Positions 45,771 to 54,635 of a stretch of DNA of 64,000 bases are shown here, piece after piece. Below the pieces are notes generated by a model, which saw only the letters and a list, made by a program, of their open reading frames with translations, searched no databases and had not been told where the DNA came from. The position numbers were made by a program, and so were the translations under genes. Numbering within the stretch: position 1 is the stretch's first letter; each line of letters begins with the position of its first letter. Origin of the DNA: a virus; the IMG/VR virus record IMGVR_UViG_3300023313_000005, positions 1 through 64,000 of that record; one strand, 5' to 3'.

Positions 45771-46554
45771 CAGCTGTTAAACTTCTTTTTTTGGGGTTGT
45801 AAGATATTAAATCTTTTAGTTCTTCAATATCTTTATCATATTCTGTGATAAAAACATCTCCTTGACGTTTTATCTCTTTGATGTAAGGAATAACTGATTC
45901 ATGAAAGACTGCCGTAGATGCTATGGCTGTTAAAGCACTATTGTCTTCAGGTTTATTTACCCAAAGATAATGCTCTTCATTAGTAGTGGTACACCAGCAC
46001 TTAACTACATATAGTTTATTAGTACTAAATTTAGTTCCATCAACTTCTAGTAATTCATAAACTACATGGTAATCTTTCATACCGGTAAAATTACCTTCAT
46101 AATCGAATGTTTTATGAGTTACTTCCTTACCTCCTACATCTATAGTAGTATAACCCATACCCTCTATCAATTCTTTTACATCCAACAATTCAAATACTAA
46201 AATTTGAAAGGCATTATTTTTGATTTCGAATGCCTCTTTAAATGTTATAGGAGGAATATCCTCCCACATATCTAATAGTATCTCTACTTTAGACACACAA
46301 CTTTTAAAAATGTTAGCACCTTCTATTTCTTCTCCTTCGGCTATTTTCTTGTCAATTTTTTCAGGGAGCTCTCGGAATTTGTTTATAATAGTATTTTCAA
46401 ATTCTTTCTTAGTTCCCTTCAACTTATAATATTGGATAAGTTCTTTTTTTGTAATACCTATCCAAATATCAGTTGTTGCCTCGTATTTTAATTCTGATGT
46501 TACCTCTATGATATGGAGGTTTTTTAACTTACGAAGTTTATTTTCATCTTTCAT
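45736..46554 (-). CDS. DUF6745-like protein, copy B
   Basis: YEL, CWCTTT..EHYLWV, AIAS, RQGDVF, YF.LLTAQS. Confidence 0.7.
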   Translation of the reverse strand: MKDENKLRKLKNLHIIEVTSELKYEATTDIWIGITKKELIQYYKLKGTKKEFENTIINKFRELPEKIDKKIAEGEEIEGANIFKSCVSKVEILLDMWEDIPPITFKEAFEIKNNAFQILVFELLDVKELIEGMGYTTIDVGGKEVTHKTFDYEGNFTGMKDYHVVYELLEVDGTKFSTNKLYVVKCWCTTTNEEHYLWVNKPEDNSALTAIASTAVFHESVIPYIKEIKRQGDVFITEYDKDIEELKDLISYNPKKRSLTADEYFGLLTAQS

Positions 46555-46573
46555 GTTTATTGAATTTTGGTTT

Positions 46574-47269
46574 TTAATATAAAAAAGATATATGTTGTCT
46601 AATATTAAATTTAGAATCTTCTATTAATAATAAACATTGATTAGAATTTATTAAAGTATCTATAAAAATATAGTCTTTATCTAATTCTATATTATCTCTT
46701 TTTGTATGACCTACTACTTGAATATAATCATCTATTCCATACAATTTTAAAGATCTAGGACGTATCCATAAAGGTCCTGCGAGTTGTGAATCACCATGCG
46801 GATCAACACCTCTAAATGTAAATGATAGAGGTTTATATTTAAATAGTTCATTTAAATCAAATGCTATGGTGTCGGATTTAGGATTTATACCTACATTTTC
46901 ACACCAAATTTTACTTACTCCCGCATGAGTAAACAAATAATAATCATATTCATAAGCTATTTGAAATAATTCTAAATTATCAGTAATTAATTTTTGTATC
47001 TCAAATGCTGAAGATTGATATCCTGAATAACGCTCATTAATATTTGGGAAATAGTGATAGTCATGATTTCCAATTAATAAAATTGTATTATCAAAATTAT
47101 CATTTTTATATTTTAATATTTCCTTAAAATTATGAACTTGTTCTACTAAACTATGATTAAAACTATCAAAATAGTCACCAATAAATATTACTTTATCAGG
47201 ATTTGTTTTCTCAATGTGATCCTTCCATTTAGTACAGCCATGGATATCACCAATAACTAATGTTTTCAT
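46574..47269 (-). CDS. Calcineurin-like metallophosphoesterase
   Basis: GDIHG, GDYFD, GNHD, THAG, PLWIR, GHT. Confidence 0.9.
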   Translation of the reverse strand: MKTLVIGDIHGCTKWKDHIEKTNPDKVIFIGDYFDSFNHSLVEQVHNFKEILKYKNDNFDNTILLIGNHDYHYFPNINERYSGYQSSAFEIQKLITDNLELFQIAYEYDYYLFTHAGVSKIWCENVGINPKSDTIAFDLNELFKYKPLSFTFRGVDPHGDSQLAGPLWIRPRSLKLYGIDDYIQVVGHTKRDNIELDKDYIFIDTLINSNQCLLLIEDSKFNIRQHISFLY

Positions 47270-47517
47270 GTTACTGATTTGTATACTTCTGGAAATAAAT
47301 TATTTCCATAAAGTATTGGTTTATTAAATGCTGATTTTAGAACTTCATGTGTCCATTCTAAATCAGATAATTTTCTAGCACTCATTGTAGAAAGTTCATA
47401 TTTAAATGGTTTATTATTTAAATCAAAAAATACATGACCTATTCTAAGAGTTACATTACCGTCATCATTTAATAATGCAATAACTCTAAATTCCCAATTT
47501 CTATATGATTTCTTCAT
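47266..47517 (-). CDS. Hypothetical protein (start at MKKSYRNW, downstream of the tRNA)
   Basis: The longer track start overlaps the tRNA. Confidence 0.6.
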   Translation of the reverse strand: MKKSYRNWEFRVIALLNDDGNVTLRIGHVFFDLNNKPFKYELSTMSARKLSDLEWTHEVLKSAFNKPILYGNNLFPEVYKSVT

Positions 47518-47532
47518 AATTTTTAAAATTTG

Positions 47533-47617
47533 TACCCGGAGCGGGACTTGAACCCGCACGAGCGCAATGCTCATTGGATTTTAAGTCCAACGTGTCTACC
47601 AATTCCACCATCTGGGC
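47533..47617 (-). tRNA. tRNA-Leu (anticodon TAA), no encoded CCA
   Basis: GCCCAGA acceptor, D-arm TGGTGGAATTGGTAGACAC, anticodon arm TTGGA-CTTAAAA-TCCAA, long variable arm, T-arm GCGGG-TTCAAGT-CCCGC. Confidence 0.95.
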
Positions 47618-47625
47618 AAATTAAT

Positions 47626-47650
47626 AAAAAGGGGGAGTAATTCCCCCTTT
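47626..47650 (-). terminator. Terminator-like hairpin immediately upstream of the tRNA
   Basis: AAAGGGGGA-gtaat-TCCCCCTTT. Confidence 0.6.
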
Positions 47651-47653
47651 ATT

Positions 47654-47860
47654 TTATCCTTTGAAAATAGTCTTTCCTTTAAATTTTCTGTCTAACCATC
47701 TTGTAAAGGGAGTTTTTCCCCTTTTACAAGAGAAATCTAAAGGTGCAACTTTGGTGGTTGTTAACCACCTCTGATTAACAATGATTTTTTTTTGTTCTAA
47801 TGGAACGTATTTATCTCTTAGAAAATTCGATTGTGCTTTTGTGAAATCACTCTGTTTCAT
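47654..47860 (-). CDS. Hypothetical basic protein
   Basis: 68-aa ORF followed by a hairpin. Confidence 0.55.
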   Translation of the reverse strand: MKQSDFTKAQSNFLRDKYVPLEQKKIIVNQRWLTTTKVAPLDFSCKRGKTPFTRWLDRKFKGKTIFKG

Positions 47861-48014
47861 GGTAATACTTTTTAATTTGGGTTTAATATTCCGTTTAAAT
47901 AAATTACTACTTTACATTTATCTGTAATTATGATAAATGCTTTTTTGTTTACATCATACCCGGAACTTTTAGGTAAATTGATGTCGTGCATATACTGGAA
48001 TAAATTTTGTAAGT

Positions 48015-48377
48015 TCATAACTTATCAGTGTTATATGTCCATTTGAATTGATGATCTCTTGTAAACCATATTATTACATCCGGTTTATCTAATTTAATAT
48101 CACATTTTAATACGAAATACTCATCCATGTGTTTAGGATCTATCCAAATAGATTTTGTCCTATTTACAGTGGTAATATCTATTCTAGTATTATCGGATAC
48201 TAAAACATCAATACCATCTGTATATTCAGATAATACATATTCTACCATTAAATCGTCTGATTCTATGGTGATTATACATGCCTTTTTTTCAGGGTTTATA
48301 ATATTACCCCTAAAATATAATTGAGCATTGAGATTTAATCCCATTCCCAATAACATAATAATAAATAGATTTTTCAT
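48015..48377 (-). CDS. Hypothetical secreted protein
   Basis: Signal peptide ending LNA/Q, typical of Bacteroidota (Gln at +1). Confidence 0.65.
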   Translation of the reverse strand: MKNLFIIMLLGMGLNLNAQLYFRGNIINPEKKACIITIESDDLMVEYVLSEYTDGIDVLVSDNTRIDITTVNRTKSIWIDPKHMDEYFVLKCDIKLDKPDVIIWFTRDHQFKWTYNTDKL

Positions 48378-48577
48378 GTTTTTTGTTTTAATAGTTTAAA
48401 TAAAACTAATATGGACAGTTGAATACTACCCATATTAGTCAATTATGAGGTGCTACTTCCCCTCATTAGTCAACCTTTGAATAAAAGGATTTAATATTTT
48501 TTAGATAAAAAAGGGAAGGGAGAAATTCTCTCCCTATCCCTATATTAAACCAAAAAACACCTCTGAATCAGAGGTAA

Positions 48578-48829
48578 TTATAAAGTAGTTTCAATATTCT
48601 CTTTCCGACGTTTTTTTCTGAGATCTGTTATCTCATTGAATAAGGTATCATCATGGACAATTTTTTTAAGTTTGTCCATGATAGTGTTATATCCAGTGCC
48701 ATAACTACTATCCTCGTTAGCTATACTCGATAAAAGATTACGTAAATCACGTGATCTTTTATCAATTGGCGCATTTGCCAATTGATATAAGTACTCAAAT
48801 TGCTCGTTTGTTAATACTATTCGTTTCAT
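48578..48829 (-). CDS. Hypothetical protein
   Basis: 83-aa ORF. Confidence 0.55.
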   Translation of the reverse strand: MKRIVLTNEQFEYLYQLANAPIDKRSRDLRNLLSSIANEDSSYGTGYNTIMDKLKKIVHDDTLFNEITDLRKKRRKENIETTL

Positions 48830-48849
48830 GGTATTTTATTTTTTTTGGA

Positions 48850-49116
48850 TTAATAATATTCTGTCAAAAGCATTATTATTGATGTATATAGTATCAATAA
48901 TAGTATTCTTAAAAATAATTTTAAGATTCTATCTGGTTTTACCCAGATGGAAAATGATGCCGCAATACAACACATTACGGCCATTGAGCCATATGCGCAT
49001 GCAACATTTGTTGTATCCAATGGGTAAATACCCCATGAATATAAATCCCAGGATAAACCTCCTAGGACTATCGATAGTAATACTACCATTACTGATAATG
49101 CTCTTTGATTTTTCAT
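48850..49116 (-). CDS. Hypothetical membrane protein
   Basis: Three hydrophobic segments. Confidence 0.55.
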   Translation of the reverse strand: MKNQRALSVMVVLLSIVLGGLSWDLYSWGIYPLDTTNVACAYGSMAVMCCIAASFSIWVKPDRILKLFLRILLLILYTSIIMLLTEYY

Positions 49117-49144
49117 TTTTTTGTTTTTTTTGGATTAATAGAAA

Positions 49145-49876
49145 CTCATCCCTTTGATATTATCGCAGGGATGAGGGAATAGGGTATAATCTTCACATTT
49201 TTTAGAAAGGATGATTACACAATGGCCACTTCCTGCAATAAGTTGTTACAGGAAGATTTGGACAGCTCTTTGGCTGTTAGTCTTAAATACTAACCACAAG
49301 GACTTCTCCTTATGACTCCCCTCCCGAAGGGTTTAGTTTTTTGGTACGGCGGGATCTACCTCTATATTTGTAGTTATAGTTGTAGCACGTACCTTTAATA
49401 AAATTTACATATACCTCTGTTAGTGAATCACATACAGGTCGAGGTAATAGCTGCATATGATATAATTGTAAGCCCATCCCTTAGATTACTCTTTGGGATG
49501 GGATAAGATTAGTCATTATACAAGGTATTCATTATGATGATACCAATACCTGTTGGGATGAATATCATCCCACAGGCTACCCTAAATAAATTTACTCCTG
49601 GGTATTTTAGGAGTAAAAATGTTCCTAGGGATGTTATAAACATCCCTATTAGTGTGATTATTAGTTTCTTCATGGTTTGTTTATTGGTTTGAGCGTAGTA
49701 AATACCTAAACTTACATGATATGTAGACCAAATAGCACTCTATTGAGTGTATTTTGCACCAATAAGTTGACCCGATACTGTTAACTTGGTAAAAAATAAT
49801 GTTTTTAATAATGCTATACTTATTTGACCCGATACTGTTAAGTATATTTAAAAAAACCCCCTACATATGTAGGGGG
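49145..49876. other. Non-coding region dense in hairpins and repeats
   Basis: Four CATCCC/GGGATG stems, an 18-bp direct repeat and a 20-bp palindrome. Confidence 0.7.
49767..49841. repeat. 18-bp direct repeat TTGACCCGATACTGTTAA, two copies (49767-49784, 49824-49841)
   Basis: Exact match of both copies. Confidence 0.85.
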
Positions 49877-49887
49877 CTTGGGGTGGG

Positions 49888-50313
49888 TTAAAAATCAAAA
49901 TCTTCTTCCTCAACTTCTTCATCCTCTTTAACTTCAACGCCTTCAGGGGCTTTTACGCCCCATTTAAGGCGCTCTTTGCCCTCTTTGTTTTCGTGAACTT
50001 CGAATGTAAGTTCAACATCCTTTGAAAGGTTTAACAAAGTGTTTTTGTCAGTGCACTGCACCGACTCCACGGATTGCGCAACCCCTTTTTGATTGGTGAT
50101 AACACCAACCAAATTGCAAGGTTTGCTACCGTACCACCCCTTACTCTCATGTCCTGATGGGGTAACGGGTTCACCAAATGTGAATCCCTGAACTTTGATA
50201 GTGTAAAACCCATGCTCTAATCCGCATGAGAAACTATCAAAACAAAAGATATTATCTATCTTTTGTTTCAATGCTGTTAATGGAGCATTGGTTAATTTAT
50301 GTATTTTGTTCAT
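49888..50313 (-). CDS. Hypothetical protein with an SSB-like acidic tail
   Basis: Ends EDEEVEEEDFDF; followed by a palindrome and T-run. Confidence 0.65.
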   Translation of the reverse strand: MNKIHKLTNAPLTALKQKIDNIFCFDSFSCGLEHGFYTIKVQGFTFGEPVTPSGHESKGWYGSKPCNLVGVITNQKGVAQSVESVQCTDKNTLLNLSKDVELTFEVHENKEGKERLKWGVKAPEGVEVKEDEEVEEEDFDF

Positions 50314-50473
50314 AATTCATGCGCGTTGGTAGGACGCACCCCCTTTTAAGTTTGTAAAATGTGAAAATCTGACGTTTCAGGACTTGCAAAACGCTGCGTG
50401 ATGCAGAATTTTTGAGGCCGTTTTACGCCAGTAAAGCCTTAGGGGGTTTTTTTTGGGGTACAACACCCCCTCA

Positions 50474-50552
50474 AAATTTTAGAAAAAATATAAAAAAACA
50501 CTTTTAAAATTTTAGAAAAAAATAAAATTTAGTAATTTTTAGAAAAAATAAA
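50474..50552. repeat. Three imperfect AT-rich direct repeats of (A)ATTTTAGAAAAAA(A)TA
   Basis: Seen directly in sequence. Confidence 0.6.
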
Positions 50553-50559
50553 AAATAAA

Positions 50560-50587
50560 AAAAGCCCCACAAATATGCAGGGCTTTT
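50560..50587 (-). terminator. Intrinsic terminator
   Basis: AAAAGCCC...GGGCTTTT stem with flanking A/T runs. Confidence 0.65.
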
Positions 50588-50751
50588 AGATAGTTCCTCC
50601 TTTTTTAGAAAGGTTTATGCTCGAACAAATCGGAAGTGATTGAGCAACCTGCACTTCCGCAATTAAACTGTGTTTTCATAATTTAAATTTTAAGTTAATA
50701 CGGTGAGGGGCATTTCACCACACCCCTCGTGATAAGCAGTAGCGAATATTC

Positions 50752-51123
50752 TCAGCGAGAACGGCGGCCTATCAAAATGTTTTTTAAGTTAGTGTATAAT
50801 AGCTCAAATAGTCCACTAAATATTAGTTTAATACCTATAAAGCATAGTAAAGGATTATTAGTTGTGAGACTAAATAGAAGCTGCCATGAGGTATGAAAGA
50901 CGAATTGGGATAGGTGCCACCCATCTGTAAATGATACAAACCATCTTGATGATCCCCAAAACTTCTCTTTTTTTACATATTTGTTGTTGATGATAACTGT
51001 CTTCCATTTTTTAGTCCAAGATTCAGATTTATTCCAATAGGATATATTGAAAAGATTTTCTGAAGATAGATCCATTATTACATTACTTACTACTAGAAGA
51101 CTTATTAGAAATATATATATCAT
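50752..51123 (-). CDS. Hypothetical membrane protein
   Basis: SW.KKWK, F.SS.WFV..TDGWH motifs; hydrophobic termini. Confidence 0.7.
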   Translation of the reverse strand: MIYIFLISLLVVSNVIMDLSSENLFNISYWNKSESWTKKWKTVIINNKYVKKEKFWGSSRWFVSFTDGWHLSQFVFHTSWQLLFSLTTNNPLLCFIGIKLIFSGLFELLYTNLKNILIGRRSR

Positions 51124-51310
51124 ATGATGTTAATAGGTTGTAGAATACTGTTATTTTTATTACAATCATTAATATTGTAAAGAGGTATATTTTATCAGAG
51201 ATACTTATTATTATACCATAGGTTATAAAAAATAAGAAAAACAGTGTGAACAGTAGTCTTTCTTTAATTAGAAACTTCCAAAAGTTTAGTATAAATAAGT
51301 ATTTTATCAT
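51083..51310 (-). CDS. Hypothetical membrane protein
   Basis: Two hydrophobic segments. Confidence 0.45.
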   Translation of the reverse strand: MIKYLFILNFWKFLIKERLLFTLFFLFFITYGIIISISDKIYLFTILMIVIKITVFYNLLTSYDIYISNKSSSSK

Positions 51311-51433
51311 TTTTTAAAAAAGATAGATATTGAATATAGTTCCTGCAGTAACTATCGTGAAGTGTTACCCTATAGTACTCGCGTACTAGGGTTTCATCGA
51401 ATGTTCCTGCGTCACATCCGCATCACTTCTATG

Positions 51434-51465
51434 CAAAGATACTACTTTTTTTTGAGACTACCAAA
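51434..51465 (-). promoter_or_regulatory. Bacteroidota sigma-A-type promoter, leftward
   Basis: TTTG-N20-TATCTTTG on the minus strand. Confidence 0.7.
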
Positions 51466-51522
51466 TTTTTTAAGTACTTTTTTATAACTTTTTTTGTATA
51501 TCCTATTAATTTTTATTGAATA

Positions 51523-51554
51523 TTTGGTATTTAGAAATATTTTATTTATATTTG
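51523..51554 (+). promoter_or_regulatory. Bacteroidota sigma-A-type promoter, rightward
   Basis: TTTG-N20-TATATTTG. Confidence 0.75.
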
Positions 51555-51572
51555 TATAAAAATAAACAAGTT

Positions 51573-51857
51573 ATGGGAACAAAACATTCAGGTCAATATA
51601 AAAGGAAGGTTATTGTGGATAAAGTAATACCTTCTTTTGAGAGTAAAGCTACTGAAATTGTACATGAGAATGGTGTGATGTATGTAGTGGAGTTAACGCT
51701 TCCTCAAGATAGGAAGTTATTTTTAGATTATTATAATACTCAAGAACATAATCAAACAGGTAATGGTTATATATATCAAAGATCTCCATTTATGTATGCT
51801 GATCCAACAGAAAATAATAGAATATATAGACTTACTAATTTTGATAGAAAAAAATAA
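51573..51857 (+). CDS. Hypothetical protein (ATG at 51573, downstream of the promoter)
   Basis: MGTKHSGQY... Confidence 0.6.
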   Translation: MGTKHSGQYKRKVIVDKVIPSFESKATEIVHENGVMYVVELTLPQDRKLFLDYYNTQEHNQTGNGYIYQRSPFMYADPTENNRIYRLTNFDRKK

Positions 51858-51868
51858 ATAGTAAATAT

Positions 51869-51900
51869 GTTGTGTATATAAAATATATTTTGTATATTTG
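51869..51900 (+). promoter_or_regulatory. Bacteroidota-type promoter
   Basis: GTTG-N20-TATATTTG followed by C. Confidence 0.65.
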
Positions 51901-51931
51901 CACAAATAATGTATAACTATAATAAAAATAC

Positions 51932-52756
51932 ATGGAAAATGTACTAATTAAAAATGTGAATTTAATTCCAGAAGTAGAACAGTTTAATGCTTCTGTATTA
52001 TTGCAAGTAGGTATGCTCTATAAAAGAGGTAATATTTGGTCTAAGCCAATTTTAAACAATTATCCTGGTAATGTATTGTTTAATGGAGTAACTGATGTTA
52101 AAAGTGATAATAATAATTTTATTCTCACATATGAAGGCGGTAGTAAAAAATATTTAGAAGCAACATCAGAGGGTATTGATTATAGATTATGGAACAATGC
52201 TTCACCGGATAAAGCTACAAATGTCAAATTATTAGTGAAAGGTAATCCTAAAAGAGATCTGTATAATGTTAACCTGACTGTTAATATCGAATACCTAAAT
52301 GATAATACTACTCTAATACGTAATTTATCTACGTTTAATAACGAATTATGGGAAAATGTTCAATTTAATCAAGAGTTGAGAACATTAGGTTTCCAATGGT
52401 ACTTGCATGGTGTATCAGGTGGTGATTTTGCCCAAGGTGATTTTATAGCTAATGATAATAAATTGGATTTTAATACAGGTAATGGTGATAGTAGATATTG
52501 TGTTATTACAATAGATCCTAACTTCCCAATTGCTAATAAAGCAGGAATAGAGGATGTTAATGGAAATATTGTAGCTGCACATTATTATTTAAATTATGAA
52601 AAGGAAGTGCTAGATATAGGTGATGAATATCTAACCTTAATTGCTTACACACGTACAAAAAAGATGCATAGAGGGTTGGTAGATAATAATCATCCAGATA
52701 GTGATTTAAATATTTCTTTACAACAGTTATTTCCTAATAAAAAATTAACAAGATGA
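51932..52756 (+). CDS. Hypothetical protein
   Basis: 274-aa ORF. Confidence 0.75.
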   Translation: MENVLIKNVNLIPEVEQFNASVLLQVGMLYKRGNIWSKPILNNYPGNVLFNGVTDVKSDNNNFILTYEGGSKKYLEATSEGIDYRLWNNASPDKATNVKLLVKGNPKRDLYNVNLTVNIEYLNDNTTLIRNLSTFNNELWENVQFNQELRTLGFQWYLHGVSGGDFAQGDFIANDNKLDFNTGNGDSRYCVITIDPNFPIANKAGIEDVNGNIVAAHYYLNYEKEVLDIGDEYLTLIAYTRTKKMHRGLVDNNHPDSDLNISLQQLFPNKKLTR

Positions 52757-53634
52757 ATATTACAAAACAAGAATGGTCTGATATTATCAATACCGAATGG
52801 GGTCTTAACCTAAGTGATTATGAAATAACCACTAGTAATGGGGTAATGCTCACTAGAACCAATGCATTAAAACCATGGCACGCTATTAAAGCTAATGCTA
52901 TGGCTAAACAATCAATACCTGGTTTAATAGGTGATATTTCAACTATAACCTTTATTGACACAAGTACTGCAGAGTTGGTAGTTGATTATATAAAATATGG
53001 TAAGCACCAGTATAGGGTATTTCATATCATTAAAATAGGTGTTGAATTAAATGTTATTCTTAAACAGAATAATGGGTATGCAGACTTCATAGTAAGTAAA
53101 ATGGAAGATTTAAAAAGTGACCCTAATTTTTATGCTAATCTGAATAGTTGGTTGGGCACTAATTCGTACGAAATAATGAATGATTATGATGTAGCATTAC
53201 TTATGACGTATAGGACGTTTAATGTTAGAAAAATAGCAGTAGATGCAGTTTTGGACAATGCTACTTTAGTGTTTAACGTGACTAACCAAAATGATGTGAT
53301 TAATGTAGATATGGTTCTATATAATGGAGATACTCAAATAGAAACAAACGGTAATTTAATATATTTCACACCAAGAGGTAATCACTTTAGTCATAGGTAT
53401 AAAGGAGGATCTGAGCTAGGGTCATCTCTTAGTATTTCCACAGATTTTAGAAATAGGGAACCTGGCGTACAACATTTATATGCTGAATCTATAGATGATT
53501 TGAAAAATCTATATTTATTTGGGAAAGCACAGGCAATGGGTGATTCAGGGGAAGTTAAATATTTTACTACAGCTATGGTAATAGATATAGATAATATAGC
53601 AAGCTTTTATAAATATGCCGAATTAAACAAATAA
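52753..53634 (+). CDS. Hypothetical protein
   Basis: 293-aa ORF, ATGA-coupled. Confidence 0.75.
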   Translation: MNITKQEWSDIINTEWGLNLSDYEITTSNGVMLTRTNALKPWHAIKANAMAKQSIPGLIGDISTITFIDTSTAELVVDYIKYGKHQYRVFHIIKIGVELNVILKQNNGYADFIVSKMEDLKSDPNFYANLNSWLGTNSYEIMNDYDVALLMTYRTFNVRKIAVDAVLDNATLVFNVTNQNDVINVDMVLYNGDTQIETNGNLIYFTPRGNHFSHRYKGGSELGSSLSISTDFRNREPGVQHLYAESIDDLKNLYLFGKAQAMGDSGEVKYFTTAMVIDIDNIASFYKYAELNK

Positions 53635-53721
53635 TGGAAAAAGGCAAAAAAACTATCGACAGTATATGGACAATTTGGTTTGTTTATATACTGTTGATAG
53701 TAATTATGTTAATAATAGGTC

Positions 53722-53982
53722 ATGGACAATAACTTAAAATATATTATAAATGAAATAGAGTCCCTTACCCCTGATGATAATATAAGTGTAAAAGTTTCTT
53801 GGACGATGGGAAATGAGTATCACGGTGTTACAGAAGTATCTAAACTATTTAATAATATTGCAGAAATGGAAGATGCAGGTATTTATAGTAGTAATAGAGA
53901 AGTAACTGCATTTTCAGAAAAAGGGTTATCTAAATTAATAGGGATGGGATTTAGTGAGAGTGAAATAATAAAAAAATATTAA
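53722..53982 (+). CDS. Hypothetical protein
   Basis: 86-aa ORF. Confidence 0.6.
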   Translation: MDNNLKYIINEIESLTPDDNISVKVSWTMGNEYHGVTEVSKLFNNIAEMEDAGIYSSNREVTAFSEKGLSKLIGMGFSESEIIKKY

Positions 53983-53985
53983 GCA

Positions 53986-54378
53986 ATGGAGATACCAATG
54001 GGAGTGTCATCCAAAGAAGAAGTATTAGAACATTATAATAGAATTATAAATACATTCTTAGATGATAAAATGAAATTAACAAAAGGAGAAGTAAGAGCAT
54101 TGGCTCTTATAATGCTTATGGATAATAAGGATAGAACTCCTATAGACAGAGAAGCAATGCTTCTTGATTTTAAAACAGTGAAAGAGAGGATAATGTTCGA
54201 TATGGATGTAAGTAAAGCAAGATTAGGTAACATATTAACATCACTTCGTAAGAAAGGAGCAATAAAAACCACACAAAACGGAGATGAACTGAATCCTATC
54301 TTTAGCTCTATCATTAATGAAGAACCTCCTTTCAATTTGAATATAGTATGGCATATAAACAAGAAAGAAGAAATTTAA
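53986..54378 (+). CDS. Putative winged-helix DNA-binding protein
   Basis: LTKGEV..L and L.NILTSLRKKGAI...LNP pattern. Confidence 0.6.
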   Translation: MEIPMGVSSKEEVLEHYNRIINTFLDDKMKLTKGEVRALALIMLMDNKDRTPIDREAMLLDFKTVKERIMFDMDVSKARLGNILTSLRKKGAIKTTQNGDELNPIFSSIINEEPPFNLNIVWHINKKEEI

Positions 54379-54635
54379 CACGTCCTGTTAAAAAAGCATG
54401 TCATAAAGCAAGTATAGATTTAAACATCCCTAAACCAATTGTAGAAGAAGTAATATATAGATATTACAGGATGATTGCTGATGAAATCAAAAAGGGCGAT
54501 GTTATGGATGACAATACATTTCATATATTTAATATAATAGGATTAGGTAAATTATACCCGAGTAAAAGAAAAATAAACTATCGTAGAAATAAAAAACAAA
54601 AAGAAAATGGAGGCAAAACTAGCAATAAAAATTGA
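54348..54635 (+). CDS. HU/IHF-like DNA-binding protein
   Basis: A..LNIP...VEEV...I...IKKG....I.GLGKL pattern; crAss-typical position upstream of terminase. Confidence 0.6.
   Translation: MAYKQERRNLTRPVKKACHKASIDLNIPKPIVEEVIYRYYRMIADEIKKGDVMDDNTFHIFNIIGLGKLYPSKRKINYRRNKKQKENGGKTSNKN

Noticed and set aside
47518-47574. 5' extension of ORF 47266-47574
   Set aside because: Overlaps the tRNA-Leu; the ATG at 47517 is more plausible.
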